Assembly (NCBI RefSeq): GCF_000011805.1 | Contig: NC_006841.2 | Reading direction: 5' to 3' (one strand) | Length of the DNA: 32,000 nucleotides | Origin: Aliivibrio fischeri ES114 | GTDB lineage: Bacteria > Pseudomonadota > Gammaproteobacteria > Enterobacterales > Vibrionaceae | Shown here: positions 21,982 through 32,000 of the stretch, in pieces | Layout of the letters: every line of letters starts with the position of its first letter | How positions within the stretch are numbered: position 1 is the stretch's first letter | Notes under the pieces: model-generated | What the model saw: only the letters and a program-made list of their open reading frames with translations | Databases searched by the model: none | Told to the model about the DNA's origin: nothing | Position numbers and translations under genes: made by a program

Positions 21982-22857
21982 TTATGAAGGGATACGTTTA
22001 CTGTTTTTCTTGATTCGTTCTTCATCAGATAACAGGTGACAGGTTGCGCATTTTTTCTTGCCGTCGATTTTATATTTTAAACAACAAGTTTCACGCTGAA
22101 CGTACAAAATGGCTCGTTCTTTTTTCTCTGCTACATGAATATGCGCAAGATCTTTCCCTATATCAGGCATGATATTAGATAACCATTGCTGTGCATTGGG
22201 GAGTATTTGTTTTGCAAGATCCGCAGAAAGTCCTTTTTCGGTTAAGCGCATAAAGAAGACACTGACAGCCAGTGAAATGCTTCCCCAAAATGGACGGTGT
22301 TTTAATCGTTCTTTTTCAAATAATACACTTAAACCACCTCCAATTTGCTGAATTAGGTGAGTAAAAGCGTCATCCAGTTGTTCGTGACTTGCTACTACCG
22401 TTGATTGTGAACTTGATGCTAACGGATCACTCTCTAAGCAAACAAAATGACAATTATTATTGATTTGTAAGGACTTTATTTTTTCTCCGTTAGGAGTCGA
22501 AATGAAAATATCATTAAATTGAATAACAGGAACTCGGTTAAACTTTAAACGAAGCGCCACCAAACTGGTGAAGAATTGGTTGTTAAACGATTTTAGCCAC
22601 ATAGAGGCTGCAACATTATGATTAACTTCTGTTTTCTTTGAAAATAACTCAATAGCCTGAGTTAAGTTAGCGGATAACCAAGTATTAAGAGGCTGGTGCT
22701 TATCATCCAGTTTGTCTTGGTTTGTGGCTTTAAGTTTAAAATTATCGTCAGCATCATGCAGCCACGCCAATTGGTCTTTTAAAGAATGGCATGATTCTGA
22801 TGATTTTTTGTTGCGCCAAAGTGGCTGTAGTTGAGCTGAAATATGCATAGTTGTCAT
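21982..22857 (-). CDS. fhuF: FhuF-like ferric-siderophore reductase
   Basis: The C-terminal motif CC-x10-C-x2-C (ETCCLKYKIDGKKKCATCHL) matches the unusual [2Fe-2S] ligand pattern described for FhuF. The size is about 290 aa. Confidence 0.7.
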   Translation of the reverse strand: MTTMHISAQLQPLWRNKKSSESCHSLKDQLAWLHDADDNFKLKATNQDKLDDKHQPLNTWLSANLTQAIELFSKKTEVNHNVAASMWLKSFNNQFFTSLVALRLKFNRVPVIQFNDIFISTPNGEKIKSLQINNNCHFVCLESDPLASSSQSTVVASHEQLDDAFTHLIQQIGGGLSVLFEKERLKHRPFWGSISLAVSVFFMRLTEKGLSADLAKQILPNAQQWLSNIMPDIGKDLAHIHVAEKKERAILYVQRETCCLKYKIDGKKKCATCHLLSDEERIKKNSKRIPS

Positions 22858-23022
22858 TGGTTATAATACTTATTAACTTTAGTAATTCATGTTTATTTCA
22901 AGAATAAACTTAAAGGTACACTACACTCATATTTGAATTAGGTGAAGATAACTCTTCCAAAAATATCACATTTTTTATCGACTCTAAGTAATTGTAGTTG
23001 GTGTTTATAAAAACCACCATAT

Positions 23023-23955
23023 TCAACTTAGACTTAAAATAATAGCTTTTATATCATCTTCAAGTTGTCGGCTTATCATTGTTTGTTCCGATGAGTTAGC
23101 GGTATATAAGGCAATTTGATTTTTTGGGATAGAAGCTTCGATTGATGGAGAGAATTCAGCCAAAGTTAACGAACTTGGTAGGGAGGGGCGAATTAAACTG
23201 TGAATAGGCATAACACTTTCAGTTTTTTCCAAAGTAGATAGGCAAACCGACATAATGTCACTTTTCAGTGCAACCTTAGGAGTTAAATTGGCTTCTTTGA
23301 GTAAACGTTCTACGTGATTTTGTTGTTTAACATAGTCAGGCATGAGATTCATTACTAACGGGTATTTAGCAATATTTTCCATTGTTATCTCTTGGTTAAG
23401 AAGCGGATGTGCGGTAGATAAACATAAATTAAATTTAACGTCAGCTATGGGTTGTTGGACAATATGTTTCGTTAATGTGAGCGGATAATAGTTGATTCCT
23501 AAGTGGATCATCTGCTTTTTAATATGTAACTCGGTGTTCCAGCTCCAGTTGACTAATTCTAATGAGGCATTAGGAAGTTTTTCTTGAACATAGTTTTGAA
23601 TAAGCTCGGCGAAAGGAAAAGTTAACGAAGGATTAATGGCAATAGATACCGTACCTGAATATGAAGCATAGTCATTATTCGAGTGAGTGTCATAGAGTGA
23701 TGTTAACTCTTCCAGTAATCGAGGCAGTTTTAATTGGACTTCTTCGCAGAAAGGCGTTGCTTCTAATCCTTTATTTGAACTAATGAATAACTCGTTATCA
23801 AATTGTTCTCTTAGTTTTTTTAAGCCTTTACTGATTGCTGATTGAGTCACAAACAGGCGCTCTGCTGCTTTTCTCGTATTTTTCTCTTTCCCTAAAACTT
23901 GTAATAGAAGTAAGAGGTTTAAATCGACATTCATTAATCGTTTGTTATCAATCAT
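23023..23955 (-). CDS. LysR-family transcriptional regulator
   Basis: N-terminal LysR-type HTH (LNLLLLLQVLGKEKNTRKAAERLFVTQSAISKGLKKLREQFDNELF) followed by a ~200-aa substrate-binding-like domain. It is divergent from the two exported paralogues. Confidence 0.9.
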   Translation of the reverse strand: MIDNKRLMNVDLNLLLLLQVLGKEKNTRKAAERLFVTQSAISKGLKKLREQFDNELFISSNKGLEATPFCEEVQLKLPRLLEELTSLYDTHSNNDYASYSGTVSIAINPSLTFPFAELIQNYVQEKLPNASLELVNWSWNTELHIKKQMIHLGINYYPLTLTKHIVQQPIADVKFNLCLSTAHPLLNQEITMENIAKYPLVMNLMPDYVKQQNHVERLLKEANLTPKVALKSDIMSVCLSTLEKTESVMPIHSLIRPSLPSSLTLAEFSPSIEASIPKNQIALYTANSSEQTMISRQLEDDIKAIILSLS

Positions 23956-23998
23956 AATTCTGAATAAGTCTAAAATGGAATTGATTTGAGTCTAATAA

Positions 23999-24011
23999 TT
24001 CCCTGTGGGAA
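23999..24011. promoter_or_regulatory. T-N11-A dyad (candidate LysR box) in the divergent intergenic region
   Basis: TTCCCTGTGGGAA is a perfect TTCCC-N3-GGGAA palindrome fitting the generic LysR T-N11-A pattern. It lies 44 nt from the LysR start and 53 nt from the 24064 start. Confidence 0.35.
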
Positions 24012-24063
24012 CTGCAATGTATTTTTTATAATCAATACCTGTTTAACATTAGGTAGGTAAATT

Positions 24064-25059
24064 ATGAAAAAACTGAGTTTATTACTTCTGGCTTCCACCG
24101 TATCAAGTTCACTATTTGCATCAACCTTGCTCCCTGTTACGGAAAGTAATTATGAAAAAGCTGAGTCTGATTTATCGTTCAGTAATATCACTAAGTTAGT
24201 TGGGTCAAATGCTTGGTTTCATTTTCCGAAGCTAACGCCATTAGATAATCAAACAGTGGTACGAATGAACAGAGATACGATTTATTCAGGTTATGTTGCT
24301 GATGTTTCTAAAGGAGGAACCGTCACTATTCCAGATACTAATGGTCGTTATTTATCAGTGATGATTGTGCAAAATGATCACTATATCGATCAGGTATTTA
24401 CTAAGCCGGGGACTTACGAAATTAAATCTGATACTGATTTTGCGATGATAGTAGCAAGAACGCAGATAGATCCAAATGATCCGAGTGATATAAATAACGT
24501 TAAACGAATTCAAAACCAGATTACAGTAAAAACAAATTCACACAATCAACATAAATTGCCAAATTATGATTTAAAACAATTGGTTTCGTTACGTCATAAG
24601 TTGGTTGATGAAGGTAAAAAATTCGGTAGTTTGAATGGAATGCAAGGGGCAAGAGGTACTGTAGATAAGAGAATGCATTTATATGGAACAGCTCTTGGGT
24701 GGGGGCTACTTCCTGATAAAAATGCACAATATTTATCTTATTACAGTCAAGGACAAGCAGCGGATGCTACCAAGTGTATTACTGCTACTTACAAGCAACC
24801 GCCAGTGACTGGAAACGGTTTTTATTCAATCACTATTTATAATAAAGAGGGTTGGATAGCCAATGAGCGTTCTGTTTTAAATAAAAATAATCTTAAGTTC
24901 AACCAAGATGGTTCTTTTACTGTTAATTATGGAAATTGTCCTGAAAATGCCATTAATCACGTACCAGTAACAGATAATTGGGACATGTTAATGCGTGTGT
25001 ACGAGCCGGATATGAACGCATTAAAACAATATAAATTACCAAAAGTGACGGTTAAGTAG
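24064..25059 (+). CDS. Exported protein, DUF1254/DUF1214-like (paralogue 1)
   Basis: Signal peptide MKKLSLLLLASTVSSSLFA. The motifs NRDTIYS, GWGLLP..NAQY, FYSITIYNKEGW, DGSFTVNYG and NW..LMRVYEP are ones I recall as typical of DUF1254+DUF1214 proteins. The family assignment comes from memory only. Confidence 0.6.
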   Translation: MKKLSLLLLASTVSSSLFASTLLPVTESNYEKAESDLSFSNITKLVGSNAWFHFPKLTPLDNQTVVRMNRDTIYSGYVADVSKGGTVTIPDTNGRYLSVMIVQNDHYIDQVFTKPGTYEIKSDTDFAMIVARTQIDPNDPSDINNVKRIQNQITVKTNSHNQHKLPNYDLKQLVSLRHKLVDEGKKFGSLNGMQGARGTVDKRMHLYGTALGWGLLPDKNAQYLSYYSQGQAADATKCITATYKQPPVTGNGFYSITIYNKEGWIANERSVLNKNNLKFNQDGSFTVNYGNCPENAINHVPVTDNWDMLMRVYEPDMNALKQYKLPKVTVK

Positions 25060-25068
25060 AGGGTGGAT

Positions 25069-26073
25069 ATGAAATATTCTTATTTGACGTTATCAATAAT
25101 GATTTGTACTCCAGTCTTTGCAAGTACCATTGTTACGAATGATAATTTTATAGAAGCAGAAACAAACACTTATTTTTCTGAGCTGATGACTAAAGTACCA
25201 GTCAATACTTGGCGACATGCTCGTAATATATCAAGTAAAGATTTTCAATTTGTGATTCGTGAGAACCAAGATATCTTGTATTCTCATGCTGTAGTTGATG
25301 TATCAAAAGGTGCGACGCTTTTTGTCCCTCAATCTGGTCAATATCAGATAATCCAAGTGATTGATGAAAAACATTATACGGTTGCTGTTATTTATCCCGG
25401 GGAATCATTAATTATTACTCCAAATATGTTATCTAAAGGTACTCACGTTTTTTTAAATGCTAGAACAGGGATCATGACACCTGATAGTGCTGGGGTGAAA
25501 AGAGCCAACTTGTTACAAGATCAGCTAAAGATTGAAGCAAATTCTAATCGGCCTTATGTGGATAAAGACTTTGATAAAATATCTCAAGATAAATTACGTA
25601 GCGATCTCGAAAAACACGTACCAGAAGTAAAAGCATGGCTAGGGTTTGGAAATGTCACTAATAAGATGCTTGATTCTAAGCAACGCTTATATGTAGCTGC
25701 GGCTGGATGGGGAGGGTTACCTGCAAAAGATGCCTTTTATTTTCCTTTGAAGGGAACAGAAAATCAAGAATGTCGATCACTTACTTTTGATGCTCCACCA
25801 CTTAATTATGAAAAAGGTGGTTTCTGGTCGATTACTACTTATGATGATAAAGGTTGGATAGCAAAAGATAATTTTGCACTCAATAATTTCCAAGCCAAAG
25901 CGAACAACGATGGAAGTTATACGCTACATTTTAATTGCGGTGCGAAAGCCTTAAATAACATTGATACGATTGATGGAAATTGGCAACCTATGTTTAGAGC
26001 ATATTTACCACGTTCATTTGATGAAATATTGAAATATTCACAAGATTTTACGACTAATGTAACCTTCAAATAA
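25069..26073 (+). CDS. Exported protein, DUF1254/DUF1214-like (paralogue 2)
   Basis: Clearly paralogous to the upstream gene along its full length (NQDILYS, GWGGLPAKDAFY, FWSITTYDDKGW, DGSYTLHFN, NWQPMFRAYLP). The start is set at ATG 25069 with a GAGGG RBS; the listed GTG 25063 is unlikely. Confidence 0.6.
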   Translation: MKYSYLTLSIMICTPVFASTIVTNDNFIEAETNTYFSELMTKVPVNTWRHARNISSKDFQFVIRENQDILYSHAVVDVSKGATLFVPQSGQYQIIQVIDEKHYTVAVIYPGESLIITPNMLSKGTHVFLNARTGIMTPDSAGVKRANLLQDQLKIEANSNRPYVDKDFDKISQDKLRSDLEKHVPEVKAWLGFGNVTNKMLDSKQRLYVAAAGWGGLPAKDAFYFPLKGTENQECRSLTFDAPPLNYEKGGFWSITTYDDKGWIAKDNFALNNFQAKANNDGSYTLHFNCGAKALNNIDTIDGNWQPMFRAYLPRSFDEILKYSQDFTTNVTFK

Positions 26074-26086
26074 ATGAAGTAAATAC

Positions 26087-26118
26087 AAAAAGGTCTGCGT
26101 TAAAATGCAGACCTTTCT
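26087..26118. terminator. Bidirectional terminator between paralogue 2 and anmK
   Basis: Stem aggtctgc (26091-26098) / gcagacct (26107-26114) with an 8-nt loop. It has an A-run upstream and ttt downstream. Confidence 0.7.
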
Positions 26119-26144
26119 AATAAAGATTTTAATTATTCTTTAAA

Positions 26145-27248
26145 TTAATTAGCCGGGTAGATTACACCTAAACTCGCATAACGAGAAGCACCTGTCACAT
26201 CAGGTTCATTACTTGGCAAGCCATGAATTCTTTGATGAGCAAGCCATGCAAAGGCCATTGCTTCCATATTGTCACTATCTACATTGTAGTCGTTAGTGGT
26301 GGAAACTGCCCAATTAGGTAAATGATATTGCAGCCGTTCCATTAAAAACTGGTTATGAGCTCCGCCACCACAGACTAATAGCTTAGTGTCATTGCCAACT
26401 TGGAATCGGATCACTTGATCAACAATAGTTGTCACGGTGAATTCTAATAGCGTTGCTTGAACATCTTGTGGTTGATACGGTTTATTTTCGATGTATTGTG
26501 CAAACCAATCTAAATTAAACAGCTCTCGTCCGGTGCTTTTCGGGTATGGGCGCGCAAAATAATCGTGTGTTTTTAGCTGGTTGAGCAGCTCATCTATAAT
26601 TTGACCAGAACGAGCCCATGCGCCATCTTTATCGTAACTTTCCCCTTTATGCTCAGTAATCCATGAATCCATCAACATATTGCCAGGGCCTGTGTCATAA
26701 CCAATAACAGGAGAGTCTTTTTGTAAAATAGAGATATTAGAGATACCGCCAATATTTAGAATTACATTGGTGCTCTCTGGCTTTCCAAATAAAGTGTTAT
26801 GAAAAGCAGGAACTAAAGGTGCTCCTTGGCCTCCTAATGCCATGTCTTTTCTACGAAAATCGGCAACCGTATCAATACCTGTTTTTGCAGCAATAATATT
26901 GCTATCACCAAGTTGCATAGTGAAAGGGTATTCTGCATCAGGTGAGTGAAACACCGTTTGACCATGACTGCCAATCGCAGTGATGTCAGAGGAGGCAATA
27001 TTTAAAGTACTCAGTAAATGCAGAGTTGCTTCAGCAAAAAGATGACCAAGACGATGATCTATTTCACCAATCACTTTTAAATTGGTTTGTTGTCCCGTGC
27101 ATACAGCAAGTAAATCCGCTTTTAGTTGTGGATCCATAGGATAATCAGCATGACCAAGTAGATTGATTGTTGTACCGTTAGTCTCAACGATGACGGCATC
27201 CACACCATCTAAACTGGTTCCAGACATTAAGCCAATGTATTTTTCCAT
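26145..27248 (-). CDS. anmK: Anhydro-N-acetylmuramic acid kinase
   Basis: The 367-aa product has the diagnostic N-terminus YIGLMSGTSLDGVDAVIV and is AnmK-like throughout. Confidence 0.93.
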   Translation of the reverse strand: MEKYIGLMSGTSLDGVDAVIVETNGTTINLLGHADYPMDPQLKADLLAVCTGQQTNLKVIGEIDHRLGHLFAEATLHLLSTLNIASSDITAIGSHGQTVFHSPDAEYPFTMQLGDSNIIAAKTGIDTVADFRRKDMALGGQGAPLVPAFHNTLFGKPESTNVILNIGGISNISILQKDSPVIGYDTGPGNMLMDSWITEHKGESYDKDGAWARSGQIIDELLNQLKTHDYFARPYPKSTGRELFNLDWFAQYIENKPYQPQDVQATLLEFTVTTIVDQVIRFQVGNDTKLLVCGGGAHNQFLMERLQYHLPNWAVSTTNDYNVDSDNMEAMAFAWLAHQRIHGLPSNEPDVTGASRYASLGVIYPAN

Positions 27249-27420
27249 GTATATACTCCATAACTACGGATTTATTAACGGTTTTATTGTGCCATAAAGT
27301 CATAAGATTATATCTATATTACTCACACTATTGACATAAAATTGCCATATATGAGATTTCAAAATGATAACGAGCATGATACTTTAAGCCTATAAAAATT
27401 AAGATGATTTGGAGAATGCT

Positions 27421-28416
27421 ATGGGCCCGTTATGGCTAGATGTTGAAGGATATGAGATTGATGCAGAAGAGCGTGAGTTACTTCAGCACCCAACTGTTGG
27501 GGGATTGATTTTATTTGCTCGAAATTATCATGATCCAAAACAGTTAGCGGCACTGACTGCATCCATTCGTAAAGCAGCAGGTCGACCAATTCTTATCGGT
27601 GTCGATCAAGAAGGTGGACGTGTTCAGCGCTTTAGAGATGAGTTTACTCTTATTCCACCAGCACAAGCCTATGCTGAAATGGATAACGGACTTGAACTGG
27701 CTAAAACGGCGGGTTGGTTATTATGTGCAGAGCTAGTCGCTCATGATATTGACCTTACTTTTGCTCCAGTTTTAGATAATGGATTTGATTGTAAAGCTAT
27801 TGGTAATCGTGCTTTTGGCGATGACATTAATACCATTGTTAAGTACAGCACAGCATTCATGCAAGGTATGAAATCGGCAGGAACCTCAACGACTGGTAAA
27901 CATTTCCCTGGTCATGGTGGTGTTATTGCTGATTCGCATCTAGAAACACCTTACGATAACCGTAACAATATTTTTGAGCTTGATATGGCAATCTTTAAAG
28001 CTCAAATTGAAGCGGGAATTTTAGATGCAATGATGCCTGCTCATGTTATTTATCCTGAATACGATTCATCACCAGCAAGTGGGTCATCATATTGGTTAAA
28101 AGACGTGCTTCGTAAGCAACTTAGCTTCAATGGTTTAGTCTTTTCAGATGATCTAAGCATGGAAGGGGCAACTATCATGGGTGGTCCAGCAGAGCGCTCT
28201 CAACAAGCGTTAGATGCTGGCTGTGATATGGTATTGATGTGTAATAACCGTAAGTCAGCGGTAGAAGTATTGGATAATCTTGCTATTCAGTCAGTAGCTA
28301 AAGCGGATGCATTATTAAAAACACAGCATTTTGATAGAAAAACATTGCTAGGCACAAGAGAGTGGAAAGAAGCGAATGAGCTTATCACTCGTGCTTATGA
28401 TGGTTGGAAATCATAG
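27421..28416 (+). CDS. nagZ: Beta-N-acetylhexosaminidase (peptidoglycan recycling)
   Basis: [38 protein letters not shown]... is colinear with E. coli NagZ as I recall it. The motif KHFPGHG is present. The start is set at ATG 27421, using the GGAGA inside the listed TTG-extended ORF as its RBS. Confidence 0.93.
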   Translation: MGPLWLDVEGYEIDAEERELLQHPTVGGLILFARNYHDPKQLAALTASIRKAAGRPILIGVDQEGGRVQRFRDEFTLIPPAQAYAEMDNGLELAKTAGWLLCAELVAHDIDLTFAPVLDNGFDCKAIGNRAFGDDINTIVKYSTAFMQGMKSAGTSTTGKHFPGHGGVIADSHLETPYDNRNNIFELDMAIFKAQIEAGILDAMMPAHVIYPEYDSSPASGSSYWLKDVLRKQLSFNGLVFSDDLSMEGATIMGGPAERSQQALDAGCDMVLMCNNRKSAVEVLDNLAIQSVAKADALLKTQHFDRKTLLGTREWKEANELITRAYDGWKS

Positions 28417-28441
28417 CCAAATATCGTTATTTGGATGAAAT

Positions 28442-28480
28442 AAAAAAGCCCCGATGTTGATTTAACAGCGGGGCTTTTAT
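28442..28480. terminator. Bidirectional rho-independent terminator between nagZ and pykA
   Basis: Stem aaaagccccg / cggggctttt (10 bp) with a 15-nt loop, flanked by A-run and T-run. Confidence 0.85.
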
Positions 28481-28496
28481 TTTATGCGATGTTTAA

Positions 28497-29942
28497 TTAC
28501 TCAACAGTAATAATACGCATACAGTTTGTTGAACCAACGATGTCCATAACGTCACCTTGAGTGATGATTACTTGGTCGCCAGTTGATAGTAAACCTTTAG
28601 ATTTTAGCGTGTTGATTGCAGCATAAGTTGATGGAAGACCTGAATCGGCTTTCTCATCAAAGAATACTGGAGTCACACCACGGTAAAGCGCTGCACGGTT
28701 TAGCGTACCTTCGTTGCGAGATAGAGCAAAGATAGGTAGACCAGAACTTAGACGAGACATCATAAGTGGAGTACGACCAGACTCTGTAAGTGTGATCATC
28801 GCTGTGATGCCTTCCATGTGGTTTGCTGCATACATAGTAGACATTGCAATTGTTTCTTCTGGTGTCGTGAAGCGACGGTCTAAACGGTGGTTAGATACGT
28901 TAACTGTAGGTACTTTTTCAGCACCCATACAAACGCCAGCCATTGAAGTTACTGTTTCAACAGGGAAGTCACCAGCCGCTGTTTCAGCAGAAAGCATTAC
29001 CGCATCTGTACCATCAAGAACGGCGTTAGCAACGTCCATTACTTCAGCACGAGTAGGCATTGGGCTAGAAATCATTGATTCCATCATTTGTGTTGCAGTA
29101 ATAACCGTACGGTTAAGACTACGAGCACGACGGATTAGTTGCTTTTGAACACCAACTAGCTCTGGATCGCCAATTTCAACACCTAGGTCACCACGTGCAA
29201 CCATAACAACATCAGATGCAAGGATGATGTCATCCAGTGCTTCTTCAGACGCTACCGTTTCAGCACGTTCAACTTTAGCAACTAATTGCGCTTCAAGACC
29301 TGCATCACGAGCTAGACGACGAGCGTAGTTCATGTCTTCGCCGTTACGTGGGAAAGAAACCGCTAGGTAATCAACTTTCATTGCAGCAGCTGTAATGATG
29401 TCAGCTTTGTCTTTTTCAGTTAGTGCGTCAGCAGAAAGGCCACCACCTTGTTTGTTGATGCCTTTATTGTTTGATAGAGGACCAGCAACTGTTACTTCTG
29501 TGTGTACTTTGTTGCCTTCAACAGCAGTTACACGAAGTTGTACACGGCCGTCATCAAGAAGAAGAACGTCGCCAGTAGTTACATCTTGAGGCAGTTCTTT
29601 GTAATCAAGGCCAACAGAGTCTTGATTACCTTCACCTTTAGGTAAATCGCTATCTAGCGTGAATTTATCACCAATAGCTAATTGGATTTTACCTTCTTTA
29701 AACGTAGAAACACGGATTTTAGGACCTTGTAAGTCACCTAGAATAGCAACGTGAGTACCAAGTTTTGCTGCGATTTCACGAACTTTGCGTGTACGCTCAA
29801 TGTGATCTTCTGGGCTACCGTGAGAGAAGTTCATACGAACAACGTTTGCACCAGCGGCAATGATTTTTTCTAGGTTATTATCACGATCTGTTGCAGGGCC
29901 AAGAGTGGTAACGATTTTTGTTCTACGTAGTCTGTTAGACAT
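28497..29942 (-). CDS. pykA: Pyruvate kinase II
   Basis: [47 protein letters not shown]... is near-identical to the N-terminus of E. coli PykA as I recall it. The product is 481 aa. Confidence 0.95.
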   Translation of the reverse strand: MSNRLRRTKIVTTLGPATDRDNNLEKIIAAGANVVRMNFSHGSPEDHIERTRKVREIAAKLGTHVAILGDLQGPKIRVSTFKEGKIQLAIGDKFTLDSDLPKGEGNQDSVGLDYKELPQDVTTGDVLLLDDGRVQLRVTAVEGNKVHTEVTVAGPLSNNKGINKQGGGLSADALTEKDKADIITAAAMKVDYLAVSFPRNGEDMNYARRLARDAGLEAQLVAKVERAETVASEEALDDIILASDVVMVARGDLGVEIGDPELVGVQKQLIRRARSLNRTVITATQMMESMISSPMPTRAEVMDVANAVLDGTDAVMLSAETAAGDFPVETVTSMAGVCMGAEKVPTVNVSNHRLDRRFTTPEETIAMSTMYAANHMEGITAMITLTESGRTPLMMSRLSSGLPIFALSRNEGTLNRAALYRGVTPVFFDEKADSGLPSTYAAINTLKSKGLLSTGDQVIITQGDVMDIVGSTNCMRIITVE

Positions 29943-30043
29943 ATAATCTCCAAAGTGGATGTTGTTTTATTTTTCCTATGCTTAAACATATATCGGCAAT
30001 AGTGACAATACCATGACTCAAACAGGGTAAATGTAAAAAATTC

Positions 30044-30724
30044 TCACGCAATCGCTAAATATTTGTGCGTTTGAATAGAAAGTCGCCAATTTCTTTTGAT
30101 ACACGTTTCAATACAAAGTTCGGTAGCTCTTGGTTTTTGGCTAATTGGCTGAAGAGCGATAGTGACATCTTCGAGTAACTCAACACCTTCTAATAATGCA
30201 TCAAGTTGTTCAATATCTTTTGTTGTACCAACTGGATGTTTAATCTCATTTGCACGAGATAGGGCGACTGGCAGAACTGGTAATTTGCCTTTCATGTTGA
30301 TTTTTGGTGACACTGTCACCCAAGTGTCGTCTGAAGCAAGAATAGGGTAAGTGCCACTGGTTTCTATCTGGCAGCGATAACCGTGTTGCTCTAGTTCTTG
30401 AGTCAATGAAGTCAGATCATACATACATGGTTCACCACCAGTAATCACCATGTGCTTTGCGGTATAACCTTGATTTTCCAACATTTCAATTATTTGAGTG
30501 CTCGACAGTTCCGTCCAACTAGGGGTATCTTCCGTTTTGGCTAAAATGGTCTGTAAATCTGTTTTATCACTTAATTCAACATCCCAAGTTTGCTTTGTAT
30601 CACACCAAGAACAACCAACAGGGCAACCTTGTAAGCGTAAAAATATAGATGGAACACCGGTAAATGTTCCTTCGCCTTGAATGGTCTCGAATAACTCGTT
30701 AATTTTAAATAATGGTGCTGACAT
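30044..30724 (-). CDS. queE: 7-carboxy-7-deazaguanine synthase (radical SAM)
   Basis: ETIQGEGTFTGVPSIFLRLQGCPVGCSWCDTKQTW matches the QueE CX14CX2C-type cluster region. The start is set at ATG 30724; the listed ORF begins at an upstream TTG. Confidence 0.9.
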   Translation of the reverse strand: MSAPLFKINELFETIQGEGTFTGVPSIFLRLQGCPVGCSWCDTKQTWDVELSDKTDLQTILAKTEDTPSWTELSSTQIIEMLENQGYTAKHMVITGGEPCMYDLTSLTQELEQHGYRCQIETSGTYPILASDDTWVTVSPKINMKGKLPVLPVALSRANEIKHPVGTTKDIEQLDALLEGVELLEDVTIALQPISQKPRATELCIETCIKRNWRLSIQTHKYLAIA

Positions 30725-30907
30725 AATTATTTTACTCAAATAAAAAACTATAAAATTTGGCGTTAAAATTCGTTGTGAAGTCGCATTTTTCGTAAATATT
30801 TCATAATCTTCGTGATAGATATCACGTAGGCAAATACTTAAGCTTCACAATTTGTTCGCAAAGTAAAAAAATTCAATTAATTGATATATTTTTTACTGGA
30901 GATACGT

Positions 30908-32000
30908 ATGTACGTGGCCCAACCCGGACACATTGATCATTTAAAACAAGTAAATGCGGGCCGGGTGTATAAGTTAATTGACCAACTTGGCCCTATCTCG
31001 CGCATCGATCTTTCTAAAGAGAGTAATCTAGCGCCGGCTAGTATTACCAAAATCACACGCGAACTTCTTGACGCACACCTTATCAAAGAAACTCAAGTAC
31101 AAGAAGCAAATAGTCGTGGTAGACCGGCAATTGGCCTTGAAGTGGACAATGAAGGCTGGCAATTCTTATCTCTTCGATTAGGTCGTGGTTACTTAACTAT
31201 CGCTTTGCACAGTCTTGGTGGAGAGCAACTCATAGAAGAAAGACAGTTAATTAAAGAGATTGAGCAAGATGAGTTACTTGCCAAGTTATTAAATGAAATT
31301 AACGTGTTCTTTCAAAAGCATTCTAAGATTTTGGGACGAATTACCAGCATTGCGGTGTCATTACCGGGATTAGTCATTTCTTCACAAGGTTTGATCATTC
31401 AAATGCCTCACTACAATGTGAAAAATTTACCATTGGGCCCTAAGATCTATGAATCTACAGGCTTACCAGTATTTATTGGTAACGATACAAGGAGTTGGGC
31501 ATTAGCTGAAAAATTGTTTGGTAATTCAAAAAACATCGACAACTCTATCTTAGTCTCTATTCACCATGGTGTAGGTGCCGGCATCATTATGAATGGGGAA
31601 GTGCTGCAAGGTAGAACAGGCAATATTGGTGAAATGGGACACATCAAGATCAACAAACTTGGTGCTCGTTGTCATTGTGGTAATACAGGTTGCTTAGAAA
31701 CCGTAGCAAGTGCAAAGGCGATTCGTGATCAAGTAAAAAACTTGATTAATAATGGTCATCAAACCGTCTTGAAAGATCAGACGATTACGATTGAAAACAT
31801 TTGTCTTGCCGCAAACCAAGGTGATGTATTAGCAAAACAAGTCATTACTGAGCTTGGACATAATTTGGGTGAAGCCATAGCTATTATGGTCAATCTATTT
31901 AACCCAGAAATGATATTGATAGGTGGGGAAATTAACCTTTCGAAAGACATTTTGTACCCAATTATCATGGATTCTATTCAAAACCAAGTATTGCCACTAT
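30908..32000 (+). CDS. mlc: ROK-family global sugar regulator Mlc (3' end outside the window)
   Basis: This gene is absent from the ORF track because no stop falls inside the window. My translation from ATG 30908 (GGAGA RBS) gives MYVAQPGHIDHLKQVNAGRVYKLIDQLGPISRIDLS...APASITKITRELLDAHL...SRGRPAIGL...CHCGNTGCLE. It follows the E. coli Mlc N-terminus (QPGHID..K) more closely than NagC. Confidence 0.8.
   Translation, partial: MYVAQPGHIDHLKQVNAGRVYKLIDQLGPISRIDLSKESNLAPASITKITRELLDAHLIKETQVQEANSRGRPAIGLEVDNEGWQFLSLRLGRGYLTIALHSLGGEQLIEERQLIKEIEQDELLAKLLNEINVFFQKHSKILGRITSIAVSLPGLVISSQGLIIQMPHYNVKNLPLGPKIYESTGLPVFIGNDTRSWALAEKLFGNSKNIDNSILVSIHHGVGAGIIMNGEVLQGRTGNIGEMGHIKINKLGARCHCGNTGCLETVASAKAIRDQVKNLINNGHQTVLKDQTITIENICLAANQGDVLAKQVITELGHNLGEAIAIMVNLFNPEMILIGGEINLSKDILYPIIMDSIQNQVLPL

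Noticed and set aside
22858-22880. Possible Fur box upstream of the fhuF-like gene (gttaataagtattataacc on the minus strand).
   Set aside because: It matches the GATAATGATAATCATTATC consensus at only about 12 of 19 positions by hand. It abuts the start codon rather than a promoter, and the AT-rich background makes such matches likely by chance. Iron regulation remains plausible but is not demonstrated by the sequence.
28714-29148. 144-aa ORF on the plus strand inside pykA, along with 29395-29589.
   Set aside because: Both are entirely antisense to a very well supported pyruvate kinase gene. The Arg/Ser/Ala-rich composition is typical of antisense frames in GC-richer genes, and no RBS is present.

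Overview
The window reads as a Vibrionaceae-type chromosomal segment. This is inferred from by-eye similarity of PykA, Mlc, NagZ, AnmK, Gnd and RodA-like proteins to enterobacterial and Vibrio orthologues; no search was run. Ordinary core genes flank an AT-rich accessory island. Left edge: pgl (partial), gnd and a DedA-family gene. Right part: gltS, an orphan RodA-like SEDS gene, two tandem long RluA-family pseudouridine synthases, an RRM RNA-binding protein, a porin, an FhuF-like reductase, a LysR regulator with two tandem exported paralogues, anmK/nagZ, pykA, queE and mlc (partial). The island (about 3.3-14.3 kb) holds the most interesting content, which looks like a self-contained c-di-GMP signalling and polysaccharide module. 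Operon 1 encodes a TcpP/TcpH-like membrane regulator pair, an inverted-order EAL-PAS-GGDEF protein and a periplasmic-sensor GGDEF cyclase. After an intrinsic terminator, operon 2 encodes a triple zinc-ribbon protein ending in a degenerate GGDEF domain (RSDMI) with an intact RxxD I-site. This is followed by a translationally coupled processive family-2 glycosyltransferase (DGD, TAED, QRLRW), a HlyD-type membrane fusion protein, a small helical protein and an MCP. I do not recognise this receptor + synthase + adaptor combination from any characterised exopolysaccharide system. A second sequence-level observation is a ~75-nt element (61/75 identical by hand, with an exact 21-mer) found in the same orientation upstream of both the DedA-family gene and gltS. 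The two copies bracket the island. I found no tRNA, rRNA, CRISPR array, IS element or integrase. All alignments and motif calls were made by eye, and start codons are best guesses.
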